64,000 nucleotides of DNA from Flavobacteriales bacterium (GCA_028110365.1 JAOGVT010000004.1:4926-68925), one strand, 5' to 3'; shown: positions 8,792-17,494, numbered from the stretch's first letter. The notes: generated from the sequence alone by a model not told the origin. Numbers and translations: made by a program.

Positions 8792-9187
8792 TTGGGTTTG
8801 TTTTCAATTTTCAAAAAATTTCAAAAAGTAAAAGTTGGATCTGTTTGGGCAGCGCCTAATTATATTTGGTTAAATAGTTTTGCTAAAAATAAAAAAGGAA
8901 TAGGTTATCATCCGGCTATCGTCGAAAGGTTGAAAACTGATCAAATCACTGCTATTCTTACCCCCGGCACAACAAAAGCATATAAAATTGGTAGTTGCGT
9001 CTTTACTACCAAAATTTCCCCTTTATATAATGTTAAATCTCATTTTCTTTTAAAGTTATCGATGCCTTATTTAATCGATGAATTACAAAATCATCAAAAT
9101 AATTGGAGTGGAGTTCAGTGTTTGTCTGAAAAACAAAAAAAAGAACTTCAACAGCAAATCACTTGGTGTAAAGGAACAAGAAATTAA
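8792..9187 (+). CDS. hypothetical 131-aa protein (weak PemK/MazF-like pattern)
   Basis: TTG start in the track. The pattern KVGSVWAA...YHPAIVERL...ITAILTPGTTK loosely resembles the MazF-fold motif order. It ends 8 nt before the next ORF. Confidence 0.3.
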   Translation: MGLFSIFKKFQKVKVGSVWAAPNYIWLNSFAKNKKGIGYHPAIVERLKTDQITAILTPGTTKAYKIGSCVFTTKISPLYNVKSHFLLKLSMPYLIDELQNHQNNWSGVQCLSEKQKKELQQQITWCKGTRN

Positions 9188-9195
9188 TCAGGACT

Positions 9196-10242
9196 ATGTT
9201 GATGAACCTAAATAAAATAAACAAAAACGAAATATGGCTTACTAAGAAGTCCTTTATCGATATTAATGGTAATGAGGTCAATAGTGAGCATGAGTTTATT
9301 ATTTTTATAGTTCTAGCACCTGAAAGTATAAACGATGAGGAATTCGTTCGTGTACAACCAATATCGAAACAAATAGAAAGTCGAACTGATGAAGATATAT
9401 TTATTGATGATGAGTCTATTTTAGGTTATCCGTTTATTATTGAGACATGGAATGAGCAACCTATTTTAACAAAACTACTTCATAAAAAACTTGGTTCCAT
9501 AAGTAATCTATCAGTCGATGTTATTGAGCCAAATGAGTTTTCTGAAAATCAACTATCATTCAGGAAAAGTGAAATTAAAAGAACTGCCTTTTTAAGACAA
9601 TCAGTACTTTCAAATATAGTTGACCCTTTAAATAGTTATAAACAAGTAGCGCAAGTTGCAAACTATGCTTCATGGACAAAGTCGCCAGTATTTGCCTATG
9701 CTGCTATTATTATAGGAGTTGTTTTTATTTTATGGCAACCACATAAATATTCAAATGAGGAGTTCTTGGCATTTTATCTCGAAAAAACACCAATGGAGTT
9801 AAGCTTTAATGCTCAAAATCAATTGGTTCGAGGAGATGGTATTAGTATTGAAGGATTTTCATTAACTGAAAGTGATATTATTCAATTAGCTTTAATAAAA
9901 TATAATGATGGAGACTATCTAGCTTCTTCAGAATTATTTTCACAAGTCCCTGATTTATTTAATCATAATATTGATATTTATTTTTATGCTGGATTATCAG
10001 ATTTATATGCAAATAACACAGCTAGAGCCATAATTTCATTTGAAAAACTTGCCCTTGAGAAAAGAGAGTTCACTAAAAAATCACGAATTTCAAATGATGA
10101 TGTTTTATATTTTCTAGCATTAGCATATGTTCAAAATGGTGCTATAAGCAATGCAAGATCGCTATTAAATAAAATAACTTCTAATAGTCCCGATTATCTT
10201 AAGGATAAGCCAAATATTCTAGGAAATTTACGTTGGTTTTAA
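9196..10242 (+). CDS. 348-aa protein: N-terminal PemK-like-looking domain, one TM helix, C-terminal TPR-like repeats
   Basis: NEIWLTKKSF...FVRVQPISKQ...LHKKLGSIS at the N-terminus, TM helix VFAYAAIIIGVVFILW, and a TPR-like tail (YFYAGLSDLYANNTARAI..LALAYVQNGAISNARSLL). Confidence 0.4.
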   Translation: MLMNLNKINKNEIWLTKKSFIDINGNEVNSEHEFIIFIVLAPESINDEEFVRVQPISKQIESRTDEDIFIDDESILGYPFIIETWNEQPILTKLLHKKLGSISNLSVDVIEPNEFSENQLSFRKSEIKRTAFLRQSVLSNIVDPLNSYKQVAQVANYASWTKSPVFAYAAIIIGVVFILWQPHKYSNEEFLAFYLEKTPMELSFNAQNQLVRGDGISIEGFSLTESDIIQLALIKYNDGDYLASSELFSQVPDLFNHNIDIYFYAGLSDLYANNTARAIISFEKLALEKREFTKKSRISNDDVLYFLALAYVQNGAISNARSLLNKITSNSPDYLKDKPNILGNLRWF

Positions 10243-10260
10243 AGTTTTTAAATTAAAAAT

Positions 10261-13227
10261 ATGTTTGCTCAACTAAGGTCTATTCTAAATTTCTTAATTC
10301 CAGCTACCTGTTTGGCTGCTTCAGTTTATATTTTTTTAAATCTCATTCTATTATATTGGTTTATAGTAGATCCTCAAAGTTATTGGGATATTTGTTCATT
10401 TACTTTTGTCATGGCTTTTGTCATGTCAATTATTTTACCAACGTTTGGTATTTATCTAGCATCACTTTCTAAGCTGGGTGAAGACTCAATATTTTATGGA
10501 ATTCCAATCGGGGTGTTTCTGTTTTCTTATGTTCTAATAAATATTCCTCCCACCATATTTTTTCCAAATTCAGCAAGAGAGATGTTTGAGTCTTTAGATA
10601 AGATAGAAGAGTATATTGATGAAGCTAATCATGAAAAATCCATTGATGCCCTAACGGAATTAAACAATAAATATACTAACTATCAAACAAGTAAAATTTG
10701 GTTTGTGAAAGATAAGTTTCTCAAATCAGAGGAAGGATTGCTTATTATAAAAAATAGGGAGTATCAAATTAAAAAATTATATGGGACTTTACTGATGCTT
10801 ACTGGCGATAAAACTATAGCTGAAGAGCCTTTGACTGAAGCTGTATTAATTGCCGAAAATTATTTTTACGATGATAAGAGAGATTTTTTAGCGTTAGCTT
10901 ATCAATCGCTTTCACAGTATTATAGAATGATTGGGGACATATATAAATCTGAAGAGATTTATAATAAAGTAAGGCCTATAGATGGGGATCAACATGATGT
11001 AATTGATATTGTACAAATGCTTGTAGATAGAACTTTATATTATTATCGATTTGGTGATACTCAAAGTGCATTGGATGTTTATAAAATAGCTTATGATATA
11101 TATGGTAAATCAGCTGAATCAAAGGAGAATTTTTTTTATAAAGAGTTTCTTTTAGGATATATAAAAGCACATCTTCAAAATAGAAGTTTAGATGCCTTAG
11201 GAGATTTATTTAATGAAATCGAAGATCTTGTTGGATCCGATAAAAAAAGTACTAATTACATAGATTTTATTTGTCATAAAGCAGAGTATGAAAGTTATTT
11301 AGGAAACCTTAATGTATCAGAGGAGTTATATAATAAAGTAATAGATAAGATTAGACCAAGTAGTAGCTTATTTAATTTTTTTAAATCAACTAAAACACCC
11401 CTTGAGCTAATTCCTAACCTTCGAAGCTATGCTAAATTTATTTTAAAAAAAGGCAAATTTAAAGAGGCTCAAAAACTCTATAATGAATTACTAGAAATGT
11501 ATTCTTTAATAGGAACTGCTTCCCCAGAATTTTTTTCGAATTTTATCAAAATACAACTAGGTCTTCACAATAAAAATACTGCAGTTAGACTATCGTTAAA
11601 AGGAGATTCATTATTTTTAAACACATCTGTACCTCAAATATTTAAAGTAGCCTCTATAAGAGAAAAAGAAAGTATCTCTAGAGCTTTGGAAAATTACTTT
11701 TTAACAACAAATTCAGTATACTTATTAACTGATCTAGATGAAAGATTAGGTTCTATTTATAACAATGTTTTGGCAACAAAAAGCATCTCTTTATTGTCCC
11801 AAAATTATATCGAAGAATTTCTGATTTCCAATGACGATAATACTTTATTATCTTCCTACAAATATTTAAAAAGAGAGAAGGAAAGATTAGATAATTCTCT
11901 TTTCTCAATGAATGATTTAAATATAGATTATCAAACCCAATTTGATAGGATTTCTTTCAAAGAAAAAGAATTGTATAATAAAATCAACAATATTGATGGG
12001 TTTTCACCATACGATTTAACAGCTGTTGATTGGGGAATGATACAATCAAATTTAAGTGAAAATGAACTTGCAATTGAATTTGTTGCTTTGCTCCGTGATC
12101 CTAATAATTCAGATTCACTGAGTTATTTTGCTTTAATCATTGACTCAAATTCTAAGTTCCCAAAAATTATTGAGCTATGTTCTCAAAAGGATATTAACCA
12201 GATACTAAACAGTAAAAATAATTTAATAGATAGGGTGAATTCTATCTATTCAGATGTTTCCAATTCAGATCTATATAATAAGATTTGGGCACCTTTAGAT
12301 TCATGTTTAAAAAATAAGAGTCATGTATATGTTTCATTAAGTGGTATTTTAAATTCTATATCAATTCCTGCGCTTACCATTGATGAGCCATATTCAGTAA
12401 AAGTTCTTAGTAGTACTCGTCAAATAATTGAAATTAAAAGTGCTAAGCATAATATAATTAAAAAGTCACTTGTGTTTGGGGGTGTAGACTTTGATTTATC
12501 TTTAGATGATTCATTAATGTCTAGAAGTCAAATAAATCATCAAGATAGATTCTTATATAGAAATATTGCAGATTTAAATTTTGAAAAATTACCTGGAACT
12601 ATTTCAGAAACTCAGTCCATTGAAAATCTATTGGATAATAATAATATCAATAAAATAATTAGAACTGGTGCATCAGCAAGTGAACTTTCATTTAGACACT
12701 TAGTAGAATCTGAAAAACCTAATCATATACATATAGCTTCACATGGATTTTATTTTCCCAAAAAAAGAAGTGTTGTAATGAAGAATAATATATTTAAAAT
12801 TCAAAATGATTATTCTGTTATTAATAATCCACTATTTAGATCTGGTTTATTATTTGCCGGGGCAAATAATAAAAATAAATCATCTCTTTCAAATGATGGT
12901 GTTTTAACTGCCAATGAAATTGCAACTTTTGATCTTTCTCAAGTCGACTTAGTAGTTCTTTCAGCATGTGAAACCGGGTTAGGAGATGTAATAGGAAATG
13001 AAGGTGTTTTTGGATTACAAAGGGCTTTTAAAATGGCTGGTGCCGATAAATTACTTATGAGTCTTTGGAAAGTTCCTGATAGAGAAACTTCAATTTTAAT
13101 GTCAGAATTTTATAAATACTTGTTTGATGGGTATAATGCTCATGCAGCTCTGAAAAAAGCTCAAAATAAGATGAGGGAAGATTATCCAGAGCCATTTAAT
13201 TGGGCTGGGTTCTTTGTGTTGGAGTAA
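10261..13227 (+). CDS. membrane-anchored TPR-CHAT (caspase-like) protease
   Basis: Three to four N-terminal TM helices and a long TPR-like middle. The C-terminus carries HIHIASHGFYF (His), LVVLSACETGLGD (Cys) and GLQRAFKMAGADKLLMSLWKVPD, typical of CHAT. Confidence 0.8.
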   Translation: MFAQLRSILNFLIPATCLAASVYIFLNLILLYWFIVDPQSYWDICSFTFVMAFVMSIILPTFGIYLASLSKLGEDSIFYGIPIGVFLFSYVLINIPPTIFFPNSAREMFESLDKIEEYIDEANHEKSIDALTELNNKYTNYQTSKIWFVKDKFLKSEEGLLIIKNREYQIKKLYGTLLMLTGDKTIAEEPLTEAVLIAENYFYDDKRDFLALAYQSLSQYYRMIGDIYKSEEIYNKVRPIDGDQHDVIDIVQMLVDRTLYYYRFGDTQSALDVYKIAYDIYGKSAESKENFFYKEFLLGYIKAHLQNRSLDALGDLFNEIEDLVGSDKKSTNYIDFICHKAEYESYLGNLNVSEELYNKVIDKIRPSSSLFNFFKSTKTPLELIPNLRSYAKFILKKGKFKEAQKLYNELLEMYSLIGTASPEFFSNFIKIQLGLHNKNTAVRLSLKGDSLFLNTSVPQIFKVASIREKESISRALENYFLTTNSVYLLTDLDERLGSIYNNVLATKSISLLSQNYIEEFLISNDDNTLLSSYKYLKREKERLDNSLFSMNDLNIDYQTQFDRISFKEKELYNKINNIDGFSPYDLTAVDWGMIQSNLSENELAIEFVALLRDPNNSDSLSYFALIIDSNSKFPKIIELCSQKDINQILNSKNNLIDRVNSIYSDVSNSDLYNKIWAPLDSCLKNKSHVYVSLSGILNSISIPALTIDEPYSVKVLSSTRQIIEIKSAKHNIIKKSLVFGGVDFDLSLDDSLMSRSQINHQDRFLYRNIADLNFEKLPGTISETQSIENLLDNNNINKIIRTGASASELSFRHLVESEKPNHIHIASHGFYFPKKRSVVMKNNIFKIQNDYSVINNPLFRSGLLFAGANNKNKSSLSNDGVLTANEIATFDLSQVDLVVLSACETGLGDVIGNEGVFGLQRAFKMAGADKLLMSLWKVPDRETSILMSEFYKYLFDGYNAHAALKKAQNKMREDYPEPFNWAGFFVLE

Positions 13228-13284
13228 TTATTATTTCTGACACAATAATTATATTTTTTATGTTAAAAAAAATAACTTTAGATA

Positions 13285-13554
13285 ATGTTTAGGCTTATTT
13301 ATATTCTTTTAACGCTTTTAGAAATACCATTTGTAATTCTAACTTGGTTGGATTATTATCTTAATTTATTGTGTAAAAATCTATCTAGAATATCATTCAT
13401 TTTTGCTCTTCCATCTATTGTAACTTGGCCTTTTAGTTTTATTAATGGGATGGTTTTATCTTCGATTATTTACATGAGGTATAATGTAATTGGTGAGAAA
13501 ATGTCTTTTGCAGAGGCTATAGAAAAAAACCTGAGTCGTTTCCCAAGTTTATAA
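13285..13554 (+). CDS. small polytopic membrane protein (89 aa)
   Basis: Hydrophobic segments LIYILLTLLEIPFVILTWL and FIFALPSIVTWPFSFINGMVLSSIIY. It starts 57 nt after the CHAT gene. Confidence 0.4.
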   Translation: MFRLIYILLTLLEIPFVILTWLDYYLNLLCKNLSRISFIFALPSIVTWPFSFINGMVLSSIIYMRYNVIGEKMSFAEAIEKNLSRFPSL

Positions 13555-13564
13555 TTTTTTCATG

Positions 13565-14386
13565 TCATAGCATATTTGCATACCATGAATAGATGTTTTT
13601 AATATCGTTATCAAAAATATTTTGATAGGGTTTTGATTGATTATTATATTTTAAACCAAATCTTGATACATCTATAATTTTTGATCCACCTAATTTATTT
13701 GAGTTACTAGTGTCAAATGTCATTAGTATTAGTGGCCTATTTAATTTCTCTGATAGCTCAAATAATATTTTCCATGAAGGATAATCACCAGATCTACTTC
13801 TAGTTCCTTTAAAAAATCTATTAGGATCATAGGTTTCTACACTATACGGTGGCTTATAAGTGCAAATTCTTTTTTCAATTATAGCTGAAATTTGTTTAGT
13901 GTCTTTATCAAGAGTAAATCCATCAATATTAACTCCCCAAGCCAAATTATTTGAAAATAAGTCATTGTCTATAATGCTATTTTGTATTCGACTTTTTGCA
14001 TTATACATTTGTTTTTTTTGAGTGAAACTTTGGTTAGTTCTCCACCAATCAAGAAATTCTATTTTATTAAAATCAGATTTTAGATGATATGTACATTTGT
14101 TTAATACAAGCTCAGCCTCATAAATTCTGTATCTAAAACTCTCTTCAGATACAATGATCACATAGTAAGGCATACTTAAGTTTTTACAGAACAAATACCT
14201 ACCTAGTTCTTCATTATAATTAAGGCTCTCAAAATCAATAAATTGAAAGCTTTTAACTTGATATGATTCTATACCACAATTTAAAGTATCACCCTCTTTT
14301 AAAACTCCTTGAAGATCGAAGATGTTTAATTTATTAAAAATTAAATTTGAAAAATTATGTATTCTTTCAGTATCTCTTCTTTGCAT
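13565..14386 (-). CDS. hypothetical 273-aa protein (possible D...E-x-K nuclease-like motif; weak)
   Basis: Last gene of the minus-strand cluster. GVNIDGF...AIIEKRI could be a PD-(D/E)XK core, but this is unverified. Confidence 0.3.
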   Translation of the reverse strand: MQRRDTERIHNFSNLIFNKLNIFDLQGVLKEGDTLNCGIESYQVKSFQFIDFESLNYNEELGRYLFCKNLSMPYYVIIVSEESFRYRIYEAELVLNKCTYHLKSDFNKIEFLDWWRTNQSFTQKKQMYNAKSRIQNSIIDNDLFSNNLAWGVNIDGFTLDKDTKQISAIIEKRICTYKPPYSVETYDPNRFFKGTRSRSGDYPSWKILFELSEKLNRPLILMTFDTSNSNKLGGSKIIDVSRFGLKYNNQSKPYQNIFDNDIKNIYSWYANML

Positions 14387-14432
14387 TAATCTAGCTTATA
14401 ATTAATTTAATGCAACAAATGTATTTTCTATT

Positions 14433-14451
14433 TATGCATTGAATCTGCATA
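14433..14451. repeat. inverted repeat TATGCA-N7-TGCATA (YAYGCA-N7-TGCRTR family)
   Basis: 6-bp arms with spacer ttgaatc (the 5266 copy has ttgaatt). It lies between the HIRAN gene stop (14478) and the 273-aa ORF start (14386). Confidence 0.6.
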
Positions 14452-14477
14452 TTACAATAGATTTTCATTTATTAGTT

Positions 14478-15632
14478 TTATGTATATAATCCAGAAATTA
14501 ATTTAAGAAATTCAATGTCTTTGCTTTGATCATGCTTTCTAGATATTAATATTTTCTTTGGAGAAGTATTGTTGAAGTAGATCCTACCTGATGGGTCTCC
14601 TGATCCACTTGAATCTTGTGTCATTTTATATCTACACTCATGATAATTTCTTGCTTTTTTTATTTTTTTCCTACCCTCTAGTAGTTCTTGATTCTTTTGA
14701 ATATTAATAATTGTTTTGAAGATTATTATCTTTTCTTTTTCATCACATTCACATGCAAATTTTATTGAGTCTCCAAGGAATTCTATATTATTACAAACCC
14801 CTTTAATTGTAGTTTCAAATTGTGAGACAATTTTCTTTTTTAATTTTTCTCGTTCTTTTTTAAATTCTCTTTCTATTACCTGTTTCTCATCTTTTAATAA
14901 CAGCGTTTCTTTTTTTATTTGATTGTCTTTCGATTTTAATGCACTATCATGTTCTTTAATAATACTGTCAAACTCCTCATCTCGATCATATATTCCGAAT
15001 TTGTTTTTTATGAGTTCATAGATTCTATCTGTACTATTGTACTTATCTTCAGAGAATTCAATTTTTATTAACCAATAATACTGTACACCGGAATTAGATG
15101 GCATTGTCGGAAATGAAACATCTAAAACTTTAACCTCAATATCTTCTAAATAATTTACTATGTCATCTTTAATTTTATCGTTTGAGTTTAAATATAAATA
15201 GTAATTATTATTAGATCTTTCAAAATGACAAACAATAGGCATCTCTTGATGGCTTATGTTGATAGATTCATCATGCTTTATAATAATTGATAAGCCAAAT
15301 ATCTTTCCATATAAATCTGTGTTTATTTTACATATTTTCGCTTTACAACTACATTTATTGTCTCTTAATTCTGGGGCTAATTTTTGAGCTATATTTTTTG
15401 GTATATATCCAAGTGATTTATCATTATTTCTTTTAACATGAATTGCATTTTTATCATGAATATTATTTTCTTCTATACTTAAATATACAGTTTCATTTAT
15501 CCTGCATAGTTTTATGTTATCACCTCTTCTATTATGTTGAGTTCCAATAATATTAATTGGAGTTGATACATAATTTGACTTATCTTCTTTATAAAAGTAT
15601 TTAGTAATCAGTCTATATATCTTTTTAAACAT
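14478..15632 (-). CDS. HIRAN-domain protein with coiled-coil middle and unknown C-terminal domain
   Basis: The block IIGTQHNRRGDNIKLCRINETVYLSIEENNIHDKNAIHVKRNNDKSLGYIPKNIAQKLAPEL fits the HIRAN pattern (G.q....g....L.re..N..D.nAi.V......lGyip...A..l). A K/E-rich coiled coil spans aa 225-265. The tail RIYFNNTSPKKILISRKHDQSKDIEF vaguely resembles RelE/Gp49. Confidence 0.55.
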   Translation of the reverse strand: MFKKIYRLITKYFYKEDKSNYVSTPINIIGTQHNRRGDNIKLCRINETVYLSIEENNIHDKNAIHVKRNNDKSLGYIPKNIAQKLAPELRDNKCSCKAKICKINTDLYGKIFGLSIIIKHDESINISHQEMPIVCHFERSNNNYYLYLNSNDKIKDDIVNYLEDIEVKVLDVSFPTMPSNSGVQYYWLIKIEFSEDKYNSTDRIYELIKNKFGIYDRDEEFDSIIKEHDSALKSKDNQIKKETLLLKDEKQVIEREFKKEREKLKKKIVSQFETTIKGVCNNIEFLGDSIKFACECDEKEKIIIFKTIINIQKNQELLEGRKKIKKARNYHECRYKMTQDSSGSGDPSGRIYFNNTSPKKILISRKHDQSKDIEFLKLISGLYT

Positions 15633-15651
15633 AATGCAGGGAATAAGATGA

Positions 15652-16386
15652 CTATAATGTACTTGTTTTCATTTGGTAATCACAATACTTACAAGTCTTT
15701 GAATGTTCTGGAATATGATCTTGATTGAGAAGTGAATGAATTTCATTAAGAGTACTTTCTACCCAATTATCATTTCCTATGTATGGAATTAAACTTATTT
15801 TAAAATCCATTTTTTTGTCAAAGCGGGGTTTGTTATTTATTCCATTACAGTAGACAAAATACCCAGTATCAGAAACTTTAAATCCATTACGACGAAGCAG
15901 ATGTTGGTAAAATTCCATTTGACGTTTATATCCAATTTGCCAGTCGGCATCTAGAGTAACCTCTCCTGCTTTTGAAGTCGATTTATAGTCAACTACAATA
16001 AGTTCATTATTATCAAGATTGATCCATAAATCATCAACTGCCCCAAATACATGAAATTTCAAAGATTCATGATTATATGAAACACCTTTGAAGTTGAAGC
16101 GCCATTCTTCTATTTTTTCATGTTTAAATGGCACAGCATTAATACCTATTTTTTTAATGTATGGGTGAGGCTTTTGAGTTTCTCGGTATTGGTCAAATTC
16201 GTTTTTCAGAAGGCTGTCAACTGCAGAATTAAGATTAAATGGGAACCCAGGAGGTTGTCCTATTCCTAATTTTCGATCTAGAAAAAAACAACGTTTACAA
16301 TTCAGGTAAAATTCAACTTTAGAACGGCTAATTTTAAAGTACTCAGGTCTATTAGGGTTATATTTCCCTCTATAAGTTTTAATCAT
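15652..16386 (-). CDS. Cas4-like PD-(D/E)XK nuclease with terminal Cys cluster
   Basis: N-terminus ISRSKVEFYLNCKRCFFL, core GAVDDLWI...LIVVDYKSTSK...YKRQMEFYQHLL, and C-terminal Cys residues in TCKYCDY. Confidence 0.6.
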   Translation of the reverse strand: MIKTYRGKYNPNRPEYFKISRSKVEFYLNCKRCFFLDRKLGIGQPPGFPFNLNSAVDSLLKNEFDQYRETQKPHPYIKKIGINAVPFKHEKIEEWRFNFKGVSYNHESLKFHVFGAVDDLWINLDNNELIVVDYKSTSKAGEVTLDADWQIGYKRQMEFYQHLLRRNGFKVSDTGYFVYCNGINNKPRFDKKMDFKISLIPYIGNDNWVESTLNEIHSLLNQDHIPEHSKTCKYCDYQMKTSTL

Positions 16387-16387
16387 A

Positions 16388-17134
16388 TTAATCTACTTGA
16401 ATCACTCCTTGAATGACCTTTCTTACATCAAATCCATTGAGTTTAAATTTAACTTGTTGTTCCTTCCAAGTCTCATTTTTCCGAATTTCTGGAACTAAGG
16501 TCATATCCATTTTAACATTGTCAAGACCAATAAAATATTCTACATTTTGTTTGGCTGTTCGGTCAATCAAAATTCCATTTTCAACAGGTTTTGCTGAAAC
16601 GATTTTAGAAAGAGCAACATCTAATGATTTTTTATTCCCAGAGAAAATAAGCCGCTTGTTAGTTAGGATAAAATGCCCAACATCAAGAGGCGTTACTCTT
16701 TTTTCCGATGCTGCTTCAAAATCTCCAAATCGATAAGAAACTCCTCTCATCACTCTTATGGAAAATCCACTATGACTTCCTTTTGTTTTAATGGTTTTCT
16801 CTTCACATATTTGAATACCAGGAATATCAAAGATTAGTTTTTCACCTTTCTTTAAAAATACATCTGTTGGAAAATGGTTGGCTAAATCTCCAGAAATAAA
16901 TTGCTCAATCAATTGGTTTCTATGGAATTCGATGGTCTCATCTGGAATACCGCTAAATAGTTTTTTACCGGAGCCAAAATTTCCAAATTTCTTATGAGGT
17001 TTTAGAACAATAAGTATGGCTAAAACTAAACCTATAAACATCGATAGGTTTTTTTTGTCTAAAAAAATATTAATTAAGGCCGAGCCTATAAAAAAGACAA
17101 CAATAACTAGAAAGGTGTTTTTTATAAAGTTCAT
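16388..17134 (-). CDS. two-TM protein with bPH/GRAM-like cytoplasmic domain
   Basis: TM helices FLVIVVFFIGSALINIFL and FIGLVLAILIVL. GHFILTNKRLIFSGNKKSLDVALSKIVS resembles the bacterial PH-like motif. Confidence 0.4.
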   Translation of the reverse strand: MNFIKNTFLVIVVFFIGSALINIFLDKKNLSMFIGLVLAILIVLKPHKKFGNFGSGKKLFSGIPDETIEFHRNQLIEQFISGDLANHFPTDVFLKKGEKLIFDIPGIQICEEKTIKTKGSHSGFSIRVMRGVSYRFGDFEAASEKRVTPLDVGHFILTNKRLIFSGNKKSLDVALSKIVSAKPVENGILIDRTAKQNVEYFIGLDNVKMDMTLVPEIRKNETWKEQQVKFKLNGFDVRKVIQGVIQVD

Positions 17135-17345
17135 TAAATATAGATTTGTTATATGCTAATATAACTAAAAAGTAAAAATATATGTCTCATAACCTACCAA
17201 ATGGTATAATGGGATTATAAAATTTTTTAAGTTATAGTAAACCCATACAGGTAGTATAATTTCGCTTCAAATAGTATAAATTAACATAATATCTTTGTGT
17301 AAAATTATACCATTAAGCATAATTTACTTATTTTTGAAATGCATT

Positions 17346-17494
17346 AAGAGTTACTATAAAGTATGCCAACCGATCTTTAACCAAGGCGCGGTGGAAATTA
17401 TGTGAGACAACCGTCTAAAAATTAAATTGGTTATCCATAATTTATATTGACGCAATGTTTTTGACATAAACTGTCACAAACGTTTTATTTATTT
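17346..17494 (+). ncRNA. structured RNA-like element A1 with terminator-like hairpin
   Basis: Conserved 5' block AAGAGTTACT..AGTATGCCAACCGATC..CGGTGGA. Predicted stems are CAACCG/CGGTGG, UCUU/AAGG, AAUUAUG/CAUAAUU and AGAC/GUCU. This is followed by GTTTTTGACA-taaac-TGTCACAAAC and a T-rich run (17457-17494). Confidence 0.4.

Noticed and set aside
7172-13227. Gasdermin-protease or type III-E Craspase interpretation of the CHAT gene
   Set aside because: No ORF in or next to the cluster resembles a bacterial gasdermin (no ~250-aa soluble protein of the right character that I can recognise). There is no giant Cas7-11-type gene or CRISPR array either. The cluster is therefore reported as unclassified rather than assigned to these systems.
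17404-17432. preQ1-I riboswitch-like look of AGAC-aacc-GUCU followed by an A-rich tail (and of AAGC-aaucu-GCUU AAAAACAAAGG in the second element)
   Set aside because: The hairpin loop is too short, the conserved preQ1-I loop and tail nucleotides are not present, and the downstream genes have nothing to do with queuosine. The A-rich tail may still form a pseudoknot (GGUU with the AACC loop), but that does not make it this riboswitch class.
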